This document shows, in pieces, positions 35,801 through 48,390 of a DNA stretch of 64,000 nucleotides. A program made the translations under genes and the position numbers. The stretch is from Schmidtea polychroa (Eukaryota). Below the pieces are notes generated by a model, which saw only the letters and a list, made by a program, of their open reading frames with translations, was not told the origin of the DNA and did no database searches. The stretch covers positions 71,176,001 through 71,240,000 of the forward strand of contig CM097887.1 of assembly GCA_044892525.1 (NCBI GenBank). Direction: 5' to 3'. Positions within the stretch are counted from its first letter, which is position 1; each line of letters begins with the position of its first letter.

Positions 35801-38800
35801 TCGTAAACTCCAAGCAATTTTAGCTCTAGTGAATTTCATATGAATCACATACATAAATAACAGTTTTCCAATAATTTATTTCAAATAACAGTCTTTTTAC
35901 AATATTATTAAAACAGTTTTTTCAATGTCAAATATTGATATTTTTAGACGGACAGATTTCATTCGCATCAACATACTAAATTTATTATTTTAAATTTATA
36001 AACATGTAACATACATTTAAAATGTTAATTTGAAAATACTATTTTAAAAATATTTTATATAATTACTTATCTGTAATTTTGAAGTCAGTTATTTTCAATT
36101 TTTAATCTTATAACGAAATATTTTTAGAAATCTATTCTTTCAATTAATTTTGGTGATATCTCCTGAGCAACGATAAATCCAATCATACCTCAATTTGAAC
36201 CAATACTTTAACTTTACCTAATATCTCAATCAGTAACTCGTTAGCACATATTAATTTAGTGTAATATTTCTCAAGGTTACTTTTCACTATTTTATTCAGC
36301 AAGTTTTTAATTATTACGCTAATGTTTGGCACCGTATCTAACAAACAGCAAAAGTTATTGTTTTTAATAAATATTTTTACACTTGGCCTACCCCATAATC
36401 TATCATATTTATTTATATTGTTAATTACATTTATATTATTAATATTACAAACAAATTTATCACAGTCAATGTCAAACCTTACAGTATTCAGTCGTCATTT
36501 GTCATTCCACCATACACCTGCATTCAATTCATTATCACATTAATATATAAATATTTATCATTATTCACAGAATTCATAGCATTCCAATAATCATCCTTTA
36601 TTTCATACAAACTGTCCTTCCGCAAATCCATTTGGGCATGTTTGTTCATCCTCAATTACAGCAACTGTTCCATCTTTTTACAATATCATTAAATCACACA
36701 ATATATTTGAGAAGTTTTTTTGAAAAGGAAAAAACAGACCATATCTCGACATCTATCAGAAATAAGGCTGGTGTAGCGAGGAATACAGAGGAAAATGAAA
36801 ATGGAAAACAAAATCTGTCTCTAGTGCCACAAATGAAACGGACTATATAGAGCGGAACAGTTGACCGAGAAATCAGAACAAAATTAGAGACAAAAACCGA
36901 GACAACGAGAAAAGAAAACGAGAGTTAAAATGAGAATTAAATTTAGAGAGTTAAAAAGGCGAATCAAAGGGAGAATTTAAAAGAACAATTAAAGAGAGAA
37001 TTGAACAGAGTTCAGAACAGAGTGAAACGAGAAGTGACGAGAATCTTTTGTAAAATTGAATATAAAGTGGAAGTGGAGTAAATAAATTTATGGTCAAAGC
37101 AAATAAAACAATCGATCAACGTACCCTGTAATTGAGTAGTTGATGGCTAGTGATTATTGTTGTGGTTACAGAAAGGGCTATTCTTCACGTAGTGTCGAAA
37201 TAAGCTCTCTGTGATAAATTGACTTATAGTTAATTGGTTGTAATTGAAGTTTTTACGATCCAGTGAGAATATTAATAAATATTTGTTTTTATAGCAACTT
37301 ATGTGGTTGTATAATATAAATAATTTTTGTTATCATTTATCAAATTCAAGAAATATTTATATATTTCTATATTTTTATCGAAGTTTATACTTTAACATAA
37401 TCAAATTTGCTTTATTTATAAACTTATTCTGCACATCTGATGCTTTGAAGTTTTAAATGTTAATAGCATTTTAATAATATGTTGAATTCTATAATAAAAT
37501 TCATGATTTCTAGTATGCCTTTGATATTAATTCGCCTGACGGAGAAGAAGTGCAATTTTGCTTGACTCAAAAAATGATCAGAGAATTAAATAGAAATGGG
37601 GGTGCAACTGGCCTATTGCATATTGGGTACTCTATTTTGAAAGTAAGTTTTATGTCTACAATTCTGCCCATCTTTTTAAAACCCTTTAAAAATATCTATT
37701 AAATATTGGTGAAAGGTGATGTTTTTACTTGATGTTTTAGGATTTTTTTTCAAGAACTTGAATAGTCAAAAAATTAACATTAATCTCTGAATTATAAGCG
37801 TCACTTTCTGTAGATTTATTATATTGATACTTTATTAAAAATTTTTTAGAATTTAAAAATAACTTCTAATGATTACGATTAAAATTATTACTGAAATTAT
37901 TTTGGGTGTGAATTAAATAATCTAGGAAAATTTAAAATTTAATTTAAGTTTAATTTAAAAATAAAGAATTATTTAAATTTTAAATAATTGTGGTAATAAT
38001 GATATAGTTGTTTAATTAATCTATAATATTTATAGTTTTTTATCCAACCTGATGATGACTGCGAAACTGTCTCAGTATATCGTAAAGCGGATGTTTGTAT
38101 GGCTCTTTCTAATGATTAATATTGTAAATTTGTAACTTACTTTCATTTGAAATAGTTCTAAGAAAAACTTAAGTATAAAATTCTTTGGAAAACTTTACTG
38201 AATAAATATAAATTTGGAAAATAAATGCAATAGAACAAACAGCTACTGCAAGGCGTACTGATTCTGATAGCATTTTGTTTGAAAAGATTATTGAAAATTA
38301 AAAAGATTAAGTCCTAAGTCGCTATCACACTATGAGAAAAATTAACAGGAAAAAATGAAATTAAATCCAGTATAACAAAACTAATTGAAGATAGACGGTT
38401 AAATAATGTGGCGTATATAATGTGTGGTAAATCATGATAATATTATATTTATTATAGAATTTTAAGGCCCACAATTATTTTCTAGAGTACCATATAATGC
38501 AATAATTCTTAACCACTTCGTCGCAATCCTCGTTAGTTACAGCTCAAGCTGAATGACACTTTCACAATTCTATCATTCTAACAATAGTATCATCCGAGGA
38601 TGCAGTTTGGACTTCGATCGCGATATTTTGAATATGGTTGAAAATTATTGAAAATGGAACTACATTTTTCAAAGATTATAAGAAATTTTAACGGCATAAT
38701 CCTATTATAAACTGTTTAATTAAAAACAAACTGTTTTATTTAAAACAAACTGTTTTAATATTTATTGCAAATTATAATACAAATTATAAATTATAATACA

Positions 38801-41800
38801 CAAGTAATAACCTAAATATAATTTACCACCATTTCCGGATGACCAGCAGAATCTCATTGAAGACCTTAAACTTATCACACTTCCGACGAAACAAAAACTC
38901 ACTTAAATAACCCGCTAAATATAATTTTTTCGATCCGTATTGGTTTCATAATTTTCTTTTAGCATGAGCCCATGTTGATTCGATATTTTGCGTATGAACG
39001 CTTGTATCTGTTGGTGAAACAAAGTTGTCCGCATGTATGACAACGTCGTGCGTAAAAAGCCCGCTTTCAATTATACGACGATAAGCCGCCCATCCATCGC
39101 TTATTACTCTTGTTCCTGGCAGAATACGGATTTTTTCAAGTCATCATAAAGACTGTCGGATTTAAATCTGGTTGCAATTAGCTCTTCATCGTTGTATATT
39201 AATTCCGTAAGTTTTGTTATATTTTGGATTCGCGGCATTTTTATTTTAAATAAATAATTTGGTTAAATATTTAAACAGTGTATTTTAATTAAAACAGTTT
39301 GTTTTTAATTAAACAGTGTGTAATAGGATTATTCCATTTTAACAACTAAGGAATAATCTTAAGGAAAAATAACTATTAAACAAATAAAATTAGTATAATA
39401 TTTAGTATAATATTTTAACAATAAACCTACCACGACGGGTTAAATGACCCATTTTAAACTTTTGGCCAGAATTTCTTTTGAATAACATTATCACATCTCC
39501 GTTTGCCTTTACTACTTTTATTTAAAAATACATCAAATGTATTTTTCAATATTTACTTAGGAATGTCAATGTGGGATCTTGCCGGATCTTAGATTCGAAA
39601 TCCGTTGCAGAATTGAGTGCAAGATTGAGCTAAAAGCAAAAATAAATTGGAAAAACTCGGAAAATTTTCGATTTTGAGGTGAAAATAATAATATGCAATC
39701 TAATCAATCTATTCTTTTAACTTGATAACTTAATTTGTGAATCAATTAATTTTAAAACGAAAGGTACAGGCTATGTGGAAATTCCAAATATTAACAATTT
39801 CAGATGTTTTAAAAGTTTTTAAGGACGGACATGACAGCTGATCGGCTACTTGCTATTTCACAGTTCTAAGTGGTTGTGGTATTACAAAAAACCTTGTCAG
39901 GCTGTAATCAGTCGAGGCTATCAAAAAACGCCTTTAAGTCTCTGGAAACACATCATGTTTGTACACAAAACAACGAAAGAGCAAGTGAAGCATTCTAATC
40001 CATCAGAGTTCCTCCCGAAGGATGAAGAAACCAAGAAAACTCTTCAAACATCAATCAGGGCTTTTGGATATGAGTAAATAGATAATAGTCTTGAAGCATC
40101 TATCGCGCGCTTGGCTTCAACATCTTGTATGTCTTTAAAGCAATCGCAGAGTCCGAAGATGGACTCGAATGGAAGGAAAAGGAAGGATATAGTGATCAGC
40201 TATACCGAGAAGAAAAAACAAGAAAGAAAAAGAAATGCAGAAATAAAGAAATCCGGGGAAAAGTTCACATTTACCTTCGACGAGTGGTCATCAATCACTC
40301 AAGATCGATACATGAACTTGACATTATCGAATGGTGGTGACGAGAAGTTCAACCTTGGTCTGCACATAATAAAAGGTTTCCTACCAACTGACGAACTTAA
40401 AATTTATATCGAGAAAATCATAATGGAATTCCGTTTGACTTGGGATGACATCGTTGCCATTTTAATGGACGATTGTACAGTAAATGTCAAGATTGGAAGG
40501 ATGGACGTTGCAATCCCACAGTTGTGCATGGTTCACACAATTCATCTTGCCGTGACAAAAGTAATGTATGACATGGAACTGGAGGGGGAATTGAAAATTC
40601 GAATTCACTGCCGCTATCATCAGATTTGGAAATGGATGAGCTAGATATTGAAACTGAAGAGACTGAGATGATTTCCATTGACTATGAGTTAAATTGAATT
40701 CAGCAAGACGACAGACTTCCAGAAAGCATGAAGCAATTGATTCCGAACATTTGAGAAGTTGTGAAACATTTCAAGAGTATTGGAGGAAATAAGCGAATTC
40801 TCAAGAAGTATGTTGATGAAGATCCAAAATCTTGAATCTCAAGCTCGATGTCAAAACTCGCTGGATACTTATCGATACTTATCGATACTGAATTCGAAAT
40901 AACATTCTTGAACATTGAAATCAAGTCTCTCCGCGAGTTGGTTGCAATTCTAAAACCAGTCAAGCAGTCAGTCAAGGCTCTCTGTGCTGAAGATGCAAAT
41001 TTGTTCACTGCCGATGCTGTTCTGTGGCTCATGTCAACAGAAATCAAGAAATTCGATTTAGCAATCGGTCGTGAATTGTTCAATCAACTCACATTTTACA
41101 TCTCCCAACGACGAATTGTTCTGTCAGACGTTATCCAATTCCTACGAAATCCATTCGAGAAGCCTGATATCGCTGAGTTTATCAAGAAGCCGTCTGAGAA
41201 GAATATCATCAAATCATTGAAGGAAGTCTCTTTGAAATGCATCGATAATGATGATGGGGAAATTGCCGAAGCTGTGCAGAACAATAACATTGAATCGGAA
41301 GAGGCTGAGGAACTCACATTTGAACAAAAACTCAAAATTGCAACGGAAGCTGGAAAATTTGGAGTGTCTTCGTCGTTAGCAAATAATCGGTAAATGAGGC
41401 AACAGACACAACAGTTTTCTATCCAAAGCCAACACTCGAAACATACTGTCCTCAGGAATGAGATTAAGCTGTTCAAATCAAGTGGCAAGCGAGGAACTAT
41501 GCTCAAAAAACTTTTTCGAATCTGTTGAAGATATCACCGACATGCGTTGATTCTGAACGACGAGCATTTTCGCTTCCAGGTTTGTTTGTAACAACGCTTT
41601 GTTCTCGACTTGGCGCAGAAAGCATTTTTGCTCTGACGTTCCTGAGCTCGTTCTTAGCAAAATTGAGTAAAAAATGCAATCGAAGCTGCAGCAAAGAAAA
41701 AGGCAAGTGAATGAGAATAAGATGATAAAAACATGAAGAGTAGCAGATAATTTTTAATTTTATGAATGAAATTTATTATTGATGTGTACGAAAACTTCAA

Positions 41801-44800
41801 ATATTTCAATAAATGTTCGTCAAAATGATAATTTTACAAAATTTTCGTGTTCTCATATAATTTACAAGAATCCGAAAGAACCGATACGGGTGCCCGATCC
41901 GAGCATACAACCTGCTCGGATACCTGAAGTACCAATTTCATCGAATTTTGACATCCTTAATATTTTCTCCTCTATTGTTCATTTTTTTACCGAGAAATAT
42001 ATGTAATCTGTCCTAACTACCGTAACGGGTCATTTGACCCTTGCAAAGATTCATGTGATATCACGAAGATTTGTATGATTGCATTAGACATTTTTGCTAT
42101 AGCATCTTATATTTTGTTGTATTCCGTTATATTTATTGTATTTATTGAATTCTTATTTCATTATTTTACTAATAATTTTTATCCAAAAAATGTCGAAACA
42201 TTCAAGATATTTGAAATCATTGGAAATTATAAATAACATAGATGAAGAGTGTTCGGAATTTAGTGAAGGGGAACTACCTAGAAATGTGGAAACTACGGAC
42301 GAATGTGAGACCTCAGGAAAAGAACGTGGAGACGAGAATATTTTAAATATACGTAGAGGACAAATTTCTAGACAATAATTTCTATTTCGATTAGCTGAAG
42401 AACTTGCCGATGATTTTCAACATGAACAACAAGAAGAAAAAGAAATTATACAGAAAACGTCAACACATTGAAGTTCAGATTCTCGTGTGAAAATTTGAAA
42501 AAGGTTCCAAATATGTTTTTGCAAAGAAAACAAAACTACAAAAATCTGTTTCAAATGCAACAAATATGTGTGTGGAAAAGTGTATTCTAGAACCCAATAA
42601 TTTGCAAAATAAGCGGTGAACATGAATAAAGTATTATTTTTATGTGTTTTAAATTTAATAAATAAACAATTTTGAAATAAATTGTTTTATTCATGTACCA
42701 AATTGTACCACTTGACCGGCTGTGGTAGGAGTAGATATACATGAAGTATCGGTAAGTTTAGTGTTAATAAAAAATTGACTATGAATCATTAAAGATATCG
42801 ATTTTTTTTGATATTCACATATTTTCGGCACAGCCTTTTCAAGTAATTCTGGTCATTAAACAAATTTTAGAAAATATAGGGAACAAATTAATGTATTTTA
42901 TATTAATATTATTAGTTAATTTTAATTTTAAATATTTTAAATATATTGAGTTTTGAATTATTTGATTTCAATTTAAGAAGTTTTAAATGTTCCCGAAATT
43001 TAAGTTAGTTGAAGAGCTTCTGCGGCTTATCTTTGTCATGTATTTCTGAACGCGTCTTGTAGTATTTGGCATTTTATTTTGTGTAAGATTAGTGCTGATT
43101 TGTGTATGTTGGGATTTACGAGAGTATCGCCTATAGCTAGTAACTGAAGTATAATTTGTAATTGAATGCTTATATATAATTATATGTATATACTATATTT
43201 ATTTTTTGTAGATGCGTGTATGTCAAGAAGATTTGAAGGGCCCAGCCGAGTCACCAGTAAATAAACTGTCTCGGAACAGCTTGGGTGAATGAGTGTAGTG
43301 CACGTTACAGTAAAAAATTAACAATAAAATCAAAGTATAAATATCAAAATGACTAACGAACTATAAACATAAAATTGTAATTTTATTAATGAACATAAGC
43401 TACTTTAAATATACCAAGGAGATTGACTTCGAATGCCGATTTGTATAATTCTAATTTTCTTTTGTATGGCAATCTCTTTGTACTGTTATCTTTCCAATTT
43501 TCTCTTCGGATAATAATTTACTCTGGTACAGTCTCACTTTGTTCAATTCTATTTTTCCTTGGTAAGACAATCTTTTCGTACGGTTATAATTTCAATTTTC
43601 TCTTCAGATAACAATTTGCTCTGGTACTATCTAGCTTTGTCTAATTCTAATTTTCGTTTGTAAGTTATAGGATCTCAAATCTTGCGTTGATTAAATTTTC
43701 GATTTTATTTTTCATTCAATTATCGCTATAGTAAATTTAATGAAAAATAAAATCGAAAATTTAATCAACACAAGATTTGAGATCCTATAACTATATATTT
43801 TTTTTAAATTTCCTTTCCCCGCTATGTACTTTGCGTTGCATCTTGTGCAAGTGATTTATTATACAATGTTTTTGGAAAAGCAAAAACATTTGGTAGAGGA
43901 GCGGCAGACAATCTCGATGAAAAAGGTCTGATGATTTTTGAGATTTTCGAAATTGTGATTTTAAAGGTGCAGTGGTGTTGAAGGTTGAGTGAATATGTGC
44001 TAAAGAGGACAATTTGCCAATAACGAATATTTTATTACAATACATTACATGTAGCTGCCGAAACTACCGCAACGTAATACATTCTTAACTGCAAAAAGTC
44101 GACGCTGTTATGTAACGCTGTCAAGCACATTACAAATATCAATTTTCAATATTACATTAAATGTAAGATTTTTTAATGTTCGACCAAAATTATTAAATAT
44201 TAGGTTAAAATAAATGTAAAACGTAAATACTAAATATATTAGTTCCTTTAAAATTTGATAATTGAAATTATATATTTTAATTTTTTTCAGGTTGAGGCTA
44301 ATCGCCAGTATAGGGTGCATAGACTTGACCATTGCCTTTTGGAACAATCGTCTGCGTTTAAAAACGGCCGATCAATTTTTCTAAGAATTCATTTAAAGCG
44401 CGGTCGATACATAGCGGTTCCTTGCACATTTCAACCGGGGCAAATTCAACCATTTATGTTTCGAATTTATTCCAAAAATTCTATTAATCCAGTGTAAATT
44501 TGATTTGATTATTTTAATGAATTATTTCTTCCGCGCAAAAATAAGAAATTAAATGATTTGACAGTACTATTTCCTAATTCTCACTCTTGAATTTTCAAAG
44601 TTAACCGCTCATGAAATATAATCAAGAGATTTTTACAGCACCCAAATTTCATTTAAATCCAATAAGGATAATGAATAATATCTGAAATATTATTTAGGTC
44701 AATCTTTCTCAAATAGTACAGTCAAAATAAAAATTAAAAACAATTAAAATTCAATAACTAAATTACATGACAAATTGTATGACAAAATATTTATTCATAT

Positions 44801-47800
44801 ATATATATATTATGTTTATGGATAATCGATATTGATATAATAAATTGTTATGATAATTGATTTTTGAATAATAATAACATTTTTAATGAAATAAATAATG
44901 AAAATAGAAAAATTTAGGTTCAATAATAAGTAATCATTACCTATATCTGAATTCAGTTACATTTTCACAGGTACGTATTAGAACTTGCGGTACTTCCGTG
45001 TTATCTTACCCCCAAAAATTAAATTATAAAATACAATTAAAATAACAATATAAAAAATGAGAGAGTACATTATTGATGACGTTATTGAACATGAATTTAT
45101 TGAGGCTATCTGTGATTTATGTGATTATGTGATTATGTGAGTTTATGTGGCCCAAACGTGTTCTAAGCAACAGTGCCGACGTGTTCGACACTATTCTCAA
45201 CGACATTGTGGTTTTCTGGCTACCTGGATGACCATTTACAAACTCATTACAAACATTTGCTAGGTTTGTAACTGTGATTTAGAAAATAAATATAATAATT
45301 ATGTGTTCTTTTTTAATTTTTGGGGGTAAGATAACACGGAAGTACCGAACTTGCAATCAAATTCGAGTAATTTGGTGCTTAGTTCTATGCCTACCCATCA
45401 AGTGGCAAAATGTGATGGAATGCAATCTTAAATATTGGTGTAAATAAGTGGTTCTTAAAACGGGTCCTCAATTTTGTCGTGCATAAGAATACTAGGAGCC
45501 CAAAGAAATAGTTGGTTAAATTGGATAAATTATGCATCAGATTTCCAGGTTACAAATGTTACTATTATACACTATTATACATAATAAATCAAATGTCAGT
45601 TTATTAATTAAAATGAAAGTTTATTGTAAATTTTTATTGTATGTTTATTTATTATGCCGTAATAAATAAATACTAATATTATTTTCGTTTACACTAGCTC
45701 ATATATAGGAAAAATCACTAACTACATTTTTGTCAAAACCACATTTTTGTACTTTCTTATCCATCTTATTTTCAAGTTGATAATTAAGCAAAGTCTTTTA
45801 AGATATAAGAAATTCATGTTATGAGGTTAAACCACCCTCCCCATTGGATTTTTCATGTATAAATATTTGTCAATGTCATTCCTAAAAGATCATCCACCTA
45901 AATAAGAAAAAAACAAAAGACACCTTTTTTCTTTTATTTTATTTACTGTAAATGTAATATTGTGACATCTGTCTGTACTATCAGTACATTGTGATTATTT
46001 ATTTTGTTAAATTTTATTTTGGTTATTGACCATAATATTAATAAATATTTCTCAAATGATGAATTATGGGGCAAGTTTTCAATCTAATTCCCTCAGAGAC
46101 CTGTGTTGTAGATGGACTGTTAAACCAATCTACAGATGCGCTTATCGGCCCGCTGGAAATGGGATCGTAGAAAGAAACCACCGGACAATAAAGTGTCATG
46201 CGACCTGGAGTCATGCAAATCCTCGAGATATCGTCTTCTGGTACAACACCGACCTAAAGATGGCATAGTCAGGATACAGCTCCGTTGGAAGCGTTATTCA
46301 AGTATCATTGGAGATTTTTCCGAGGAAAAGAAGATGAACACTCAGAAAAGTGTGAATATACAACTGGGCAAACTTTCATTGTGAAGCCGATACCGGCAAA
46401 GTGTACTACTCAATGGCAGATTGGAATTGTAACCGGAATTAATCCTGCCACAAACATTGAAGTAGATGGAACATCGCGACAGTGTGCAGACATTCGACCA
46501 GCAGTGAGGGCTGCTTGATCAGTATGACTTGGATACATCATACTGATCACGGGGGAATGTGCGAGAAAGTCCTGCGACACTGTTACGTAACAGTGTCTAA
46601 CGACGAAACTGTTGTGCAATAGTTCTTGTCAATATCATATTACGTTGCAGTTATTTAGATCGCTATATTGATGTCTGTTTTGAATTAAATAAATAGTGCG
46701 CTTCTATCTTTTGGCGAACATTCAACAGATGATTTAAAATATATTTTTTATATCAATCTCTTTTTTTCGAAGTTCTTATATCGCAGTTTTGAAATCTTTC
46801 AACTATTCTTCGAACCGTAGTTTGATGGCATCCTGCAAAATTCGCTACTGAAACAACACTTACATTATCCTGAACTACGGTTATAATCCGAGTTCTCATT
46901 TCATTTGTAATAGTTCTTCTGCGAAAAGGTGTGACCTCAACAAGATTCGAGGTTTCGGCCATAGTCTGTCAGGTTTGTACCGTTTACAAATGATTTTCGT
47001 GTGTGTGTGTGTCTATTTGATCTACTTATTTATAATAAAACTATATAGATTGTCTGTATTTATTAAAACTATATTGATTTTTGATTTATTAAAACTATGT
47101 AGAATATGTATTTGACTTATATGATCCAGCGGTGGCCTATTTTTCAACGTCGATTTAATGGAATAAAAAATGAAAAAGTTCGTGAAATATCATTAAAAAT
47201 CGTTAAAATTAAATAATTTTTATTTGACCTACATGATCCAGCGGTGGCCCGTTTTTAAGTCGATTTGACACACATGAAACTCTGAAAAAGTACTTGAAAA
47301 AGTAATTAAAATGATGAAAAATTACTGAGTTTGATTTGACCTACATAAAACAGACATAAAAATACTAGGAATTTTAGAAAAAAAATTCTTACTCCCGGAG
47401 TTACTTGATCCAGCGGTTCCCAATCCATCTACTTATAGCAATAAAAATGTCGGGTCACCTCATAAAATCGACTTCTAGTACATCGATTTTTAAAACATCG
47501 AGTGTGAAAAGATCTACTTTTAGCCTTAAAACATCTATTGTCGAAAACATCTACTGTCAAAAACATCTAGTAATAAAAGGCAAGAACATCAATCGCCTAA
47601 AACATCGAGTTTAAAAAACCGTTTTTAATTAAATGCTCTCATCATTTTATTTTAATTTTAATAGTTTTTTTAATTTGTTTAACTTTGAAACCATCTCTTT
47701 TCGTTATATTTTCATCAATTTAATTAATTCAACAAATTTTAATACTCCTCTGTTGTATCTTAAAGTACCGTTCATGTGTACTTTTCTTCCTAAAAGACTT

Positions 47801-48312
47801 TTACACGAATCGTGCGGGCGTGGTGTGTGTGTGTGTTGAGTACGACCAGTCCCCATGTGACCTGTACTCCTCGGGGGTCAAAATACTTTGCCGGATAGAC
47901 TCAGACAAAATGTAAATGTTTATATCATAGCTTCCCAACCAGTGTGCCGCGAAACATTTTCGTTATATTTTCATCAATTTAATTAATTCAACAAATTTTA
48001 ATATCAGATGAAAGTTTAATTAACCTCAATTAATTTAATTTTAATTTGTAGATGTTTTAAAACTCGATGTTTTAGAAGTTTTAAAAGTAGATTTTATTGA
48101 CAATCGATGTATTTGTTGTTGATGTTTTTGACTCGATGTTTTAGACAGTAGATGCTTTCGCCAATAGATGAATTAGAAGTTGATTATCTAGAAGTCGATG
48201 TTTTGGGGTCGCGCCTAAAAATGTATTATATTTATTATAATTTTAATCAAATTCATACGTTCAAAGTTTAGTGTTTCGTCTTTTTAACAGTAACTTTGTA
48301 CATTGTGTGCAG

Positions 48313-48390
<78 letters not shown>

